Below, one piece after another: positions 38,732 to 48,887 of a stretch of 64,000 nt of DNA (its first letter is position 1; every line of letters begins with the position of its first letter). The notes beneath the pieces were generated by a model. It was not told the DNA's origin. It was given only the letters and a program-made list of their open reading frames with translations, and searched no databases. The DNA is from Planctomycetota bacterium (GTDB taxonomy: Bacteria > Planctomycetota > JAJSAM01 > JAJVHW01). The stretch covers positions 24,697 through 88,696 of the forward strand of contig JAJRPF010000020.1 in assembly GCA_024280885.1 (NCBI GenBank), read 5' to 3'. The translations under genes and the position numbers were made by a program.

Positions 38732-39148
38732 TCAGGTGTCCACGCGGACCTCGATCGTGCGCGGACGCTTCTCGGCGCGGCGCGGGATGAGCACGGTGAG
38801 CAGGCCGTTCTTGAGATCCGCCTCGATGGCGTCGCGATCGGCGTCGTCTGTCAGGGCAAACGATCGGCGGAACGCTGTTGCGCGCCATTCCAGCCGCCGC
38901 ACCTGCCCCTCCGGCTCGTCGATCTTCGGCGTGGCCTCGACGATGAGGTGGTCGTTCTCGATACGCACCTGCACGTCGTCCTGGGTGACGCCGGGCAATT
39001 CGATGGCGAGTTGCGCCGCACAATCCGTCTCCCAGATGTCAGCGCGGGGGACGACGGTCGGGCGGCGGGTCGTAGCGGGTGTGGACGCGCCGTTGGCGGC
39101 ACCTGTGGCGGGTCGGGGCGCGCAGCAGTCGAGAGTGTTCTTTGTCAT
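38732..39148 (-). CDS. Small heat-shock protein (Hsp20)
   Basis: PRADIWET...ELPGV...FRRSFAL...IEADLKNGLLTVLIPR...RTIEV; GAGGA RBS. Confidence 0.9.
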   Translation of the reverse strand: MTKNTLDCCAPRPATGAANGASTPATTRRPTVVPRADIWETDCAAQLAIELPGVTQDDVQVRIENDHLIVEATPKIDEPEGQVRRLEWRATAFRRSFALTDDADRDAIEADLKNGLLTVLIPRRAEKRPRTIEVRVDT

Positions 39149-39152
39149 GGGT

Positions 39153-39707
39153 CTAATCCTCTGTGTTCTGGGTTGTGTTCGACGCGTCGCCGGACGGGCC
39201 GATGCTCCCGGCGTCCATCTGCGCGTTGGGTTGTGGTGTGTCCGTGTCGCCCACGTCGGTGTCGTAGCGAACGTCGATGCGGCGCGGACGGGCCTCGGCG
39301 GCTCTCGGTAGCGTGACGTGCAGGATGCCGTCGCGATAGCGGGCCGCGATATGCTCGCTGTCGACGGGCGTCGGGAACTCGATCGCACGTGCGAACGCGC
39401 CGGTACAGCGCTCGTTCGTGAACCGGCGCCGCGCGTCGTCCGGGATGCCCGGGCGCTCGCCCGACACCCGCAACACATCGCCTTCGACCGAGACCTCGAG
39501 CCGCTCCGGGTCGACGCCAGGGAGCAGGAACCGGACCTCGAACGCGAGCTCCGATTCGTGCAATGTGAACGGCGGCTGCCACGCGCGCTTTGCCCGCGGC
39601 GCAGTCGCCGCGTGCATCTGGCCCAGCGCCCGCCGACGCATGTCGTCGTGCAACCTGCCCAACGTCTCGAACGGGTGAACTCGATTGAGTTGCCTCAGGT
39701 ACGTCAT
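39153..39707 (-). CDS. Small heat-shock protein (Hsp20)
   Basis: LPGVDPERLEVSVEGDVLRVSGER...ER..GAFARAIEFP...ARYRDGILHVTLPR; GGAGGAG RBS. Confidence 0.9.
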   Translation of the reverse strand: MTYLRQLNRVHPFETLGRLHDDMRRRALGQMHAATAPRAKRAWQPPFTLHESELAFEVRFLLPGVDPERLEVSVEGDVLRVSGERPGIPDDARRRFTNERCTGAFARAIEFPTPVDSEHIAARYRDGILHVTLPRAAEARPRRIDVRYDTDVGDTDTPQPNAQMDAGSIGPSGDASNTTQNTED

Positions 39708-39776
39708 GTGATCTCCTCCGTGATGGGGCAAGCACCCCGCGTAGTCGGAGCCGCCCGTGTGAACGGAGGATGAAAG

Positions 39777-39791
39777 GCAACGCTCGTGCCA
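39777..39791 (-). promoter_or_regulatory. Sigma54 promoter of the hsp20 pair
   Basis: TGGCACGAGCGTTGC, exact match to TGGCACG-N4-TTGC, about 70 bp upstream of the ATG. Confidence 0.8.
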
Positions 39792-39980
39792 AATGCGCCA
39801 GGCTCGCCGCGAGCCGCCAGCCCGTAGCACCCGCGTCGCAGCCGCCGTAGCACCCACGTCGCAACGCCGTCGCAGCGACAACTCGGGCGCGTCCACGGGC
39901 GCGACCGTCCGACTCCTTCGCCTGGCCGTCACTGATCCTTGCGCGAAGTGGACGCCCTCCCCGGCGATGCCCCGTCCGAG

Positions 39981-40195
39981 GGCTACCGCACGCGCCGGAA
40001 TCGGCGAGTTCCTGAAGGAGCTGAATTCCACCCCCGGGCGCTCGACCGGGATGACAAGATCCTGAGATCGATGGCGACCGCCGGTTCTCCGTGGTTCGCG
40101 TTTCGATTGATCAGCGGGCGACCGCGGGCCGGGCTGCGCACGTGGTCACCCCCCAAGTCACCCCCATGTGACCCCCCATGTCGAACGTCGATCGA
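39981..40195 (+). pseudogene. Frameshifted remnant of an AlbA/RecG-C (HATPase_c_4-like) ATP-binding protein gene
   Basis: Pieces across shifting frames read GYRTRR / IGEFLKELNSTPGRSTGM / KILRSMATAGSP ... VTPQVTPHVTPHVERR, matching the recalled YRNRRIGEFLKEL..EGRSTG..KI..AM..NGSP and TPQV-repeat motifs. Confidence 0.65.
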
Positions 40196-40206
40196 AGGAG
40201 TCCGAG

Positions 40207-40279
40207 CCGGCGAGGGGCCGCCCGGCCGGTTGGCTACGGCGTCGCGCTCGGCCCGCGGCTCGACGGGGACCGCGGGGCG
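40207..40279. repeat. Dispersed ~74-bp repeat, copy B
   Basis: Similar to 30750-30823, same orientation. Confidence 0.7.
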
Positions 40280-40608
40280 ACTTCGAGAGAACGGCCCGCC
40301 GTCCCCGGTCGGCGGCGGAGCAACGACGTCGCCAGCAGGAGCCAGGTCGCCCGCCGACGCCCGGGTACGATCCGAGCCCCGAGGCTCTCTCCACGATCGA
40401 CGCCGCGCTCCGTGCTTGGTCTGCTGTGGAGTGGCGAGTCCTCTTGTCCGAGCCGGGTGGACCGCCCTGACCGAGACTCGATCCAAGAAACCGTCTGCTC
40501 GGACGACGCGACGCGACGTGACGTATCTCGGGGGCCCGTGTCACGACTGCGGACGGCCGGGTCATCAGCCTGGTCGGAGGCCTACGACGCCGAACGCCGC
40601 ACTACGCT

Positions 40609-41742
40609 TCAGAAGGACTGGATGAAGGCTACCGCGCCGTAGAGGTAGCCGGCGCCGATGGCAGTCAGGACGACGAGGTCGCCCTTCTCGATTGGGCGTC
40701 CGCAGGGCTCGATGCGGCCCATCTCGCGGACGCCGTCGGGTGGGGGGACGCGGCGCATGTTGCCTTCGCGGACGCCGTGGTCGTAGGTGAGCAGGTTCGA
40801 TGCGGCCGACGTGTTTCCGTAGAGGTACACGGTGCGATAGACCTGGTCCGCTTCGAGCCCTAGCTTGGACTGGAGGCCGTCCACGATGCGTCCGTTCGCC
40901 TGATGCGGGATGAGGCGCACTCGGTTCAGCAGCGCGCGCAGTTCCGGATTGTTCTGTTTCAGGTCCGCCGCTTCGAACCCGAGGGACTCGACGACCGCGA
41001 CGGCCATGCGATTCACGGCGTTGCGTAGAACGCGCGGACCGCCGACCATCGTGATGAACGTGCGGTCCTGATCGCGGGGCTGGTCAGCCTTCTGCGTGAG
41101 GTTGTCGGGCGCGTTGCCGTTCCACATCCGGATCGTGTCGTCGGCGTACTCGGTTCGGAGAATGCTCCGCCCGAAGAAGCCGGTGTCCTCGGTGTCGTCC
41201 TTCTGGCCGACGATGACTGCCCCCGCGCCGTCGCCGAAGAGGATGGCGGTCAGCGGGTCGGCGAAGTCGATCGCGCGGGTGATGCACTCGGCGCCGATGA
41301 CGAGGACGTTGCGGCATTGGCCGGACGCGACGAGTGAGCGGCCCATCGTGATGCCCCAGAGCGAGCCGGAACAGGCCGCTGTGAGGATGAACGACCCGCA
41401 CTTGAGGCCCAGTTCCTGGACCAGCCACGCGTGAACGCCCGGGTAGAGATCGTTGAACGTGAACGAGCAGAGAATGAGGTGGTCGATCTCGCTGGGGTCC
41501 ACGCCGGACGCCTCGATCGCCTTCTTGCAGGCTTCTAGACTCAGGACCCGTACGCCGTCCTCGCCGGGGTCGGAATAGCGGCGCTCCTGGATGTGTGTGA
41601 CGCGATCGACCCAGGTGGCGAATTCGTCGGGCTCGCCGTCATAGCCCGTGACCAGGTCGCGCAGGTCTTCGTTGGTGACGCGACGTTCGGGAACGGCGGC
41701 GCCGATCCCCAGGATGGCCACGGAGCGGTCGAGTTCGGTCAT
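40609..41742 (-). CDS. fabH: 3-oxoacyl-ACP synthase III (FabH-like)
   Basis: Start at ATG 41742; AACSG (Cys), ILFGDGAGA, IPHQAN (His), YGNTSAAS (Asn), AIGAG; family certain, orthology to housekeeping fabH not. Confidence 0.8.
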   Translation of the reverse strand: MTELDRSVAILGIGAAVPERRVTNEDLRDLVTGYDGEPDEFATWVDRVTHIQERRYSDPGEDGVRVLSLEACKKAIEASGVDPSEIDHLILCSFTFNDLYPGVHAWLVQELGLKCGSFILTAACSGSLWGITMGRSLVASGQCRNVLVIGAECITRAIDFADPLTAILFGDGAGAVIVGQKDDTEDTGFFGRSILRTEYADDTIRMWNGNAPDNLTQKADQPRDQDRTFITMVGGPRVLRNAVNRMAVAVVESLGFEAADLKQNNPELRALLNRVRLIPHQANGRIVDGLQSKLGLEADQVYRTVYLYGNTSAASNLLTYDHGVREGNMRRVPPPDGVREMGRIEPCGRPIEKGDLVVLTAIGAGYLYGAVAFIQSF

Positions 41743-41883
41743 CCGGGGATGGTAGCCATCCGGCTCACCAGAGGTGCGGCCAGAATCACCCGCGGACTTC
41801 GCGAATGCCCCTGCCGCTGCTCCACCCCAGCCGCCTGCAGCACCGGCACCGCGGTGTCGCCGCGTGAGCGTAGCCTCGGGGCG

Positions 41884-44800
41884 ATGTCGCGGATGCTCCT
41901 GGTGGGTCGCTCGGGCTCGGGGAAGACGTCCCGGGTTGTGGCCGAGGTGCGTCAACTCCTCGATCGTCACGACGCCCAGGGGCACTTCGAGCGCTTCCAG
42001 GTCATCGTCCCGACGTACTCGCAGGCGGAGCACCTGAAGCGACGGCTGCTCCGGTGGCGCGGAGTCGCGGGCGAGCCCGCCGCGGGTGGGGGCCTCGATG
42101 CGCTTCTCGACCGCGGGATCGGGACGTTCGAGCAGTTCGCGGAGCGCGAGACCGGGGAGCGTCTGCACGCGCTGGCCCCCGCGCCCGTCCAGGACGCGCT
42201 CGCTCTGCAGGCGCTCGAGGACGACGACTTCCCCGACTTCCGCGAGGTGCGGCGCTTCCCCGGCTTCCGGCGCGCGGCGCTGCGTTTCGTGAAGGAGATT
42301 AAGTCGGGCGAGCCGGAGCCCGGCGAGGGTGCTGTGGCCGCCGCCGCCGAGCGCCTGGCGGCCGCGTCGGAGGGGCTCCCCGGCGCGCGCGGGCGCAAAC
42401 TGCTCGGATTGGCGCGGATGTTGGCGGCGTATCAGGTCCGTCTCTCCGCAGCCGGACTCTTCGACCACGAGGATCTGCTGCGGCGCCTGCTCCTGCGCCT
42501 GCGCGATCGTCCTCCGGAGGAACTGCGTTTCTTTGCGCTCGATGGCTTCACCGATCTCACCCAGGTGCAGGAGCGCATCGTGCAGATCGTGGCGGGCAGT
42601 GCGGATCGCGCGCTCGTCACGTTGCTCGGCGACCACGGCGGCGATCGCGAGGGGCCGTTCGCCGCCTCGGCGGGACTGCTCGGTCGTCTGATGTCGGCCT
42701 CCGGCTTTGGGTTGCAAGCGCTGGGGCCCCCGCGGCGCTTCGCGGGTGACCTGCTGCGTGTCGAAGAGCGCGCATCCGGCGCCGAGTTGGTGCCTCGGCC
42801 GATGGGCGAGGCCGTGCGCTTCGTCGCGGGCGCCGACGCCTTCGACGAGGCCGATCGTGTGGCGCGGATTTGCCTCGGGTGGTCGATGGAGGGCGTCGCG
42901 CGCAGCGAGATCCTCGTCGTCGTGCGGCGGCTCGACTCGGAGACGGGCGAGCGCGTTCTCGACGCCCTGCGACGCCACGGCGTGCCGCACCGACGGGCCG
43001 GCGGAGCGCCGCTGCTCGGCGTGCCGGCGGCGCGTACGGCGTTGCGCGTGCTGCGCCTGCTCTCTCGCGCCGACGCGGCGGGCGAGGTCCTCGACCTGAT
43101 CCGCTGCGGCGCTGCGCGCGGCGTTGCGGACGGTGAGGCCGACAGACTCTTTGCCGAGGCACGACCAGCGGGCATTTCGAGCCCCGACGAATTGCGGCGA
43201 TGCGCGCACGAGTTGGGTCTGCGCGGGGCGACGGCCTGGCTCGACGCCCTCGCGGACGCGCGTCTGCCGCCGGACCCGGCGACGCCGGTCGGCATTGCGC
43301 GCGCGCTGCTCTCGGCGCTGCCGACGCTCGTGACGTGGTCGTACGAGGGCGAGGTGCCCGGAGAACTCGCCGAGCGTGCGGCGACCGACGCAGCTGCCAT
43401 GCGGCGTGTCCGCGATCTACTCGCGCAGGTCGTCCGTGCCCTGGGAGCGACCGGCCGCTCCGAGGTGCCGCCGCGCACGGTGATGGCCGGGCTCGATGCG
43501 GCGGCTTCCGACGCGCGCTGCGCCGCGCGCGACCAGCGCGTAGACGTCGTCAATGTCGTGGACGCCGAGGAGGCGCGGCAGTGGGAGGCCGAAGCGGTCG
43601 TCGTGGCCGGGCTGCGCATGGGGGAGTTCCCCTCGGGCGTGCGCGAGGATCTCTTCGTCGCAGACCACGATCGCAAGGACATCGAGAAGACGTGCGGTGT
43701 GCGTCTGCCTGCGCGGATGGACGAGGCGCTGCGACGCGAGCGGCTCCTCTTCTATGCGGCGGTGACACGCGCGCGCTCCCGGCTCGTGCTCACGCGTCCG
43801 CTGGTGGGGAACAACGGCGATGCCGTGATGCCTTCGCCGTTCCTCGAAGCGCTCCACGAACTCGTGCCCGACGGTGAGCGCGTCGACGACGGCGCGGGCC
43901 GGACTCCGGGCGACGTGCGTCCGGCAGCGGGCGAGACCGTCGCGATCTCGGACCTGCAGCGCACCGCGCTCTCTGTGCTGGCCGAGCGGCACGTGAGGGG
44001 GGGCGAGGGCGAGCATCGAGCGCGGATCGGGATCGATCTCGTCCGCACCATGCTGACCGGTTGCGGCGAGACGAGTGAGGGGGCGACAACCTCCGGGATG
44101 GCGCGGGTCTCCGGGATGGCGTCAGCCGACGTGTGGGTGCTCCTGCGGGCCGCCGACGTTCGATTGCGTCCGGGCGAAGAGGCGCGACTCGCGACCGAGG
44201 GTCCTGCGGCGGCGCACATGGCGCGGGCGCGGCGGCGTTCCGCCTCGTCGCTGGCCGCGTTCGGGCAATGCGCCTACAAGCACTTCGCGGGGAAGGGGCT
44301 CGGCCTGCGCTCACCGGAGCACTCCCCCGAGGACGGTCTCGATCCACTGCGGCAAGGAACCATCGCGCACGCCGCGTTGCAGAGCGCATTCGAGGACGGC
44401 GCGCGGACCGAGAGCGAGGTTGGCGAGGCGTTCGATGCCGTGTGGCTGCGTGAGACCGAGCGCGTGCGTCCGGGGCTCTCCGTCGAGCGCGCGCGCGCCG
44501 CGCTCCGGCGTGCGGTCGTGCAACTTGTCGTCACGCATGCCGATGCCTCGCTCGTGGCGGGTTTCGAGCCGGTGCGTTTCTAGTGGGGGTTCGGGATGGG
44601 GGCCGCGGAGCCGGTCGTCATCGAAGTGGGCGACGTGCACGTCGAGTTGCGTGGTGCGGTCGATCGGATTGACGAGGACGGCGCCGGGCGCGCGGTCGTC
44701 ATCGACTACAAGTGGTCGAAGAAAAGCAGCTTCTCGAAGCTCGACGACCGCATCGCGACGGGTGTCGATTTGCAACTCCCGCTCTATGCGCTCGCAGTCG

Positions 44801-45108
44801 AGCAACGCCTCTCGCGGCGCGTGATCGCAGCCGGGTACCTGACGCTCAAGGACTCGGGTGAGCGCTGGCTGCGACTTTCCCCCGAAGCGCCGGGAGGTCG
44901 CTACGACGTCAACTGGGAGGACGATCGCGACGAACGGATGGCGGCCTTCCAGAAACTCGTCGTTGCCCGCGACGCGGACATCCGCAGCGGCCGGATCGAC
45001 ATCGCTCCCCTCGACCGCAACAAGTGCGCGTTCTGCGACTTCGCGGACCTCTGCCGCATCGCCGAGGTGCCCCGAGTGAGTGTGCCCCGAGTGAGTGTGC
45101 CCAAGTGA
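41884..45108 (+). CDS. addB: AddB-like helicase/nuclease subunit interrupted by in-frame TAG at 44581-44583
   Basis: Walker A GRSGSGKT, LDGFTDLT, ERLLFYAAVTRAR, QCAYKHF; frame continues past TAG into LRGAVDRID...IDYK...QLPLY...CAFCDFADLC. Confidence 0.8.
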
Positions 45109-45110
45109 GC
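45067..45110. repeat. Tandem 15-bp repeats at the addB/addA junction
   Basis: GTGCCCCGAGTGAGT x2 then GTGCCCAAGTGAGC, which holds the stop/start overlap. Confidence 0.8.
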
Positions 45111-48100
45111 GTGCAACTGAACGCTGCACAGCGAGCTGCGGTGGTCGCGCGGGGCGTGGACATCTGCGTCGAGGCGGGCGCCGGAACCGGCAAGACACGC
45201 GTCCTGACCGAGCGCGTCGTCGGTCTGGTGACCGAAGACGGCCACGACCTTGGGCAGATTCTCGCGATCACGTTCACGACGAAGGCGGCGCAGGAGATGA
45301 AGGTACGCCTGGCGGACGCACTTCTCGCGCGCGGCGTCACGACGGCCCGCGAGGACGTCGAGTCGGCGCCGATCTCGACCATTCACGCGTTCTGTGCGCG
45401 GCTCCTGCGCGACCATGCCGTCGAGGCGCACGTCGATCCCGGCTTCGTCGTGATGGACGAGCGCCAGGCCGATCGTGCGCTGCGCGAGGCGCTCGCGGCG
45501 CTCGTCGCGGAGCTCGCGCGCGACACACCGGAGGTGCTCACGCAACTGGCGACGTTGCCGGGCACCGATCCCGACCAGACATTGCTCGATCTCTACACGG
45601 CAGCCCGCGACAGCCTCTATTCGGTGGGCGAGTTCATCCGCCGCGTCCCCGAGGGCCCGTCGGTGAGCGACGTGCTGGCTGACGTGCGGGATGCGGTGCG
45701 CGACGTCTCGGCCGCGCGCGCGGGGGCGTCTGCGGCGTGGCAGAAGAAGGTCGATGCCGCGCTCCTGGCCGCGCGGGCTCTCCCCGCCGCGGTCCCCGCG
45801 GTCCCCGGAGGCGTCATCCCCGAACTTGCTGGCGCCGAACTCGACGCGGCGGCGTTGGCCGTCTCTGTCCTGGGGCGCAGCTTCCGCCTTCACGGCGGCG
45901 ACAGCGCGCAGAAGGAGGCGATGAGCACGCTTCGCGACGCGTGTGATGCGGCGTGCGCTGTGCTCGCATCGGTGTGTCAGCGCCCGCTCCGCGAGCAACT
46001 CGCGCGCGTGCTCGAACGGTTGGAAGTACTGCACGGCGATGCCAAGGGCGGTGGTGCTGCCCTCGACTTCGCCGATCTGGAGCGTCGCGCGCTCGGCCTC
46101 CTGGAGAGCCGCGAGGACGTTTGCGAGGCGGTGCGCGCACGGCACGCCGAAGTGCTCGTCGACGAGTTCCAGGACACGAGCCCGGTGCAGGCGCGCCTTC
46201 TCGACTGTGTCTCGCGGCCGGGCGCGCTCTTCGTGGTGGGGGACCCGAAGCAGTCGATCTACGGCTTCCGCGGCGCGGACGTGGACGTCTTCCTCGAACG
46301 TCTGGAGAAGACGGCGGCGCGGGCACCGGAGGGCGGGCTGGTGGTGCGTCTCGACGAATCGTATCGCGCGCGTCCGGCCGTGACCGCCTTCGTCAACCAT
46401 GTGTTCAGGGATGGGCTGTCCCGTGCAGACGCCGACGCGGGCGTCCGTGGTGTTCCCTACGCGCCGCTACGAGCGCCGCGCGCCTTCGCGCCGGTTGAGA
46501 GTCCCGAGATCGAGGTCTTTCAATGCGCGTGCGACAACGCGCTCGCCGGACGCGAGGCCGAGGCCGCGTGGATCGCCGAGCGCATCGTCGCACTGGTCGC
46601 GGGAAAGGAACCGCTACGGCTCGCTGCGCCGAGCGATGCGGATCCGCTCGCCACGCGGGCGGCGGAGTTCGGCGACGTCGCGATCCTCTTGCGCGCGACC
46701 ACCAACGTGAAGCTCCTCGAGCGGGAACTCACGGCGCGCGACGTGCCCTATCTCGTCGTCAAGGGGCGCGGCTTCTACGAGGCCGTCGAGATCGTGGACC
46801 TGGGCAATCTGCTCGCGTGCGTAGACGATCCCACCGACGACGTGCGCCTGGCCGCGGTGCTCCGTTCGCCGTGTTGCGGGATCTCCGACGACGGGCTCTT
46901 CGCGCTCACGTCTCTGCGCGGTAGGCGACTCCTCGTGGATGCGTTCCGCAGAGCCGCCGCGAAGGGACCGGATGATCCCGAGTTGGGGCTGTCCGCAGGA
47001 GACGCGCTTCGGCTACAGGAATTCTGGGGACACTTCGCCGCCCTGCGCGCGGAGCGATCACGTGAACCACTCGCGATCTTGGTCGATCACGCGCTCTCGA
47101 GGACGCGCCTCGACGTGCTGGTTCTCGCGCGTCCGAACGGACGCCAGCGCGCTGCGAACTTGCGCAAGGCGCGCGAACTGGCGATCGCCGCCGATCGCGC
47201 CGGCGACATCGGGCTCCGCGAGTTCGCGGCGTCGTTGCGCGAGATGCGAGAGCGCGAGGTCCGCGAGACCGAGGCGCCCGTTGCGGGAGCGGTGCAGGGG
47301 GCCGTCAGCATCATGACGGTGCATGCGTCGAAGGGGCTGGAGTTCCCCGTCGTCGTCGTCCCCGATCTCGCCCGCGAGGAGACGTCTCGTTCGGGGGCGG
47401 TCGTGAGCCACGCGATGGACGGTGTCGGGATGAAGGGCGGGCTGCCGTTCGGGCACCCACTGGCCGACGTGGCGCCGCGCGAGCACACGTGGATCAAGGC
47501 GCGCAACGCCGCTCGCGAGAGCGCCGAGGGCCAGCGGGTCCTCTACGTGGCGCTGACCCGCGCCGAGGAACGGCTGATCCTGACGTGCGCTCTGCCCTCG
47601 GGGCGCACGGCTGCGCGCCCGTGGTGGGAACGGATCGCGGCGGCGTTGCCGCAGCGGGCCGCATCCGCATCTGGCTCCGGATCCGAAGCGGGCGCGGGCG
47701 CCGAGATCGCGACCGATGTTCCGCAGGATCTGGTACTGACCGCCACTACAGGAGCGGACGACGAGGCGCCGACGCGCGTCCGACTGCACGCCGCTTCGCC
47801 GAGCAGCGAGTCGTCGGGGCCGACCCTCCACGCGTTGATGGATGGCATCGCGCGCACGCTTGCGAAGGGCCGCGTGCCTGCTCTGCCCGTGCCACCCGAG
47901 GCCGCGGCCGCCGCGGCGACGCTCGTTGCCGAGGCCGCGCGCACGGCGCCCCCGGCGGACGGCACGCTCTACGCGACCACCGTCAGCGCGCTCGTCGCGT
48001 TCGCGCGCTGCCCCGAAGAGTACCGCCGCCGCCATCTGCTCGGCATCCCCGAGAGCCTGGAGCTCGCACTCGCTCTCGACGGCGATCCGGGCAGCGAGCC

Positions 48101-48782
48101 GGGTAGCGAGCTGGGCGCACCGACCGAGCGCGCCGGGATAGACGACGAGTGGGGGTTGCCGCTCTCAATCCGGGCGAAGGGCCGCGCGGCCCACCTGGCG
48201 CTGGAGCGGCTCGCGCCCGGCTTCGAGGACGACGTCGCGACGGTTGTCGAGGCGGCACTCCGGACCGAAACCGGCGACGCGGCACCGTCGCCCGACGATG
48301 TTGCCGAGATCGCCGAATGGGTGCGCGGCTTCGCCGACGGGGATGTCGGGCGGGCGCTGCGCGGCGTTCCGCGGACGGCGGTGCGACGCGAGCAGGCGGT
48401 CCTCCTCCGCACCGGCCGCACCGTCGTGCGAGGTCAGATCGATCTGCTCTTCCACGACGCCGACGGCTGGACGATCGTCGATTACAAGGCGGGCAAGTTG
48501 AAGGCTGCCGACGATGCGTACGCATTGCAGATGCGGCTCTACTCACTCGCGCTTCGCGGCGTCACCGGCGAGGTCCCGCAGCGCACGCTGCTCTGGAGCC
48601 TGCCCGACGCTCGCGCGGTGGACGTCGCCGCGCAGGAGGACGATATTGCGGATCTCGAAGCCGGTCTGCTCGCCGCGTTCGCCCGCGCGACGGCCGTCGG
48701 CGACTACGCGCCGCCCCCCGAGCGCCCGTGCTTCAACTGCGCGTATCGGGCGAGCTGTTCGTTCTCACTCGTCGGCGTGTGA
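45105..48782 (+). CDS. addA: AddA-like UvrD helicase with C-terminal PD-(D/E)XK nuclease
   Basis: AGAGTGKT, ITFT, STIHAFC, VDEFQDT, VGDPKQSIYGFRGA, MTVHASKGLEF, LYVALTRA; GQIDLL, VDYK; Cys pattern C...CxxC-x5-C. Confidence 0.9.
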   Translation: MSVQLNAAQRAAVVARGVDICVEAGAGTGKTRVLTERVVGLVTEDGHDLGQILAITFTTKAAQEMKVRLADALLARGVTTAREDVESAPISTIHAFCARLLRDHAVEAHVDPGFVVMDERQADRALREALAALVAELARDTPEVLTQLATLPGTDPDQTLLDLYTAARDSLYSVGEFIRRVPEGPSVSDVLADVRDAVRDVSAARAGASAAWQKKVDAALLAARALPAAVPAVPGGVIPELAGAELDAAALAVSVLGRSFRLHGGDSAQKEAMSTLRDACDAACAVLASVCQRPLREQLARVLERLEVLHGDAKGGGAALDFADLERRALGLLESREDVCEAVRARHAEVLVDEFQDTSPVQARLLDCVSRPGALFVVGDPKQSIYGFRGADVDVFLERLEKTAARAPEGGLVVRLDESYRARPAVTAFVNHVFRDGLSRADADAGVRGVPYAPLRAPRAFAPVESPEIEVFQCACDNALAGREAEAAWIAERIVALVAGKEPLRLAAPSDADPLATRAAEFGDVAILLRATTNVKLLERELTARDVPYLVVKGRGFYEAVEIVDLGNLLACVDDPTDDVRLAAVLRSPCCGISDDGLFALTSLRGRRLLVDAFRRAAAKGPDDPELGLSAGDALRLQEFWGHFAALRAERSREPLAILVDHALSRTRLDVLVLARPNGRQRAANLRKARELAIAADRAGDIGLREFAASLREMREREVRETEAPVAGAVQGAVSIMTVHASKGLEFPVVVVPDLAREETSRSGAVVSHAMDGVGMKGGLPFGHPLADVAPREHTWIKARNAARESAEGQRVLYVALTRAEERLILTCALPSGRTAARPWWERIAAALPQRAASASGSGSEAGAGAEIATDVPQDLVLTATTGADDEAPTRVRLHAASPSSESSGPTLHALMDGIARTLAKGRVPALPVPPEAAAAAATLVAEAARTAPPADGTLYATTVSALVAFARCPEEYRRRHLLGIPESLELALALDGDPGSEPGSELGAPTERAGIDDEWGLPLSIRAKGRAAHLALERLAPGFEDDVATVVEAALRTETGDAAPSPDDVAEIAEWVRGFADGDVGRALRGVPRTAVRREQAVLLRTGRTVVRGQIDLLFHDADGWTIVDYKAGKLKAADDAYALQMRLYSLALRGVTGEVPQRTLLWSLPDARAVDVAAQEDDIADLEAGLLAAFARATAVGDYAPPPERPCFNCAYRASCSFSLVGV

Positions 48783-48801
48783 GGGGGAGGCGATTGGCCC
48801 C

Positions 48802-48830
48802 TTGACGCTCTCGGTCTTTTTCGGCACACT
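48802..48830 (+). promoter_or_regulatory. Possible sigma70 promoter of the A2M-pbpC operon
   Basis: TTGACG-N17-CACACT. Confidence 0.35.
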
Positions 48831-48887
48831 ATGGGGCCCCACATAGCTCGGCCTATCTCTGACCTGACGCGGATTGCGCACCGTGAA

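Noticed and set aside
44581..44583. Genome-wide TAG or TGA reassignment
   Set aside because: TAG and TGA end many well-defined genes at the expected positions (infA, gatAB, hsp20)
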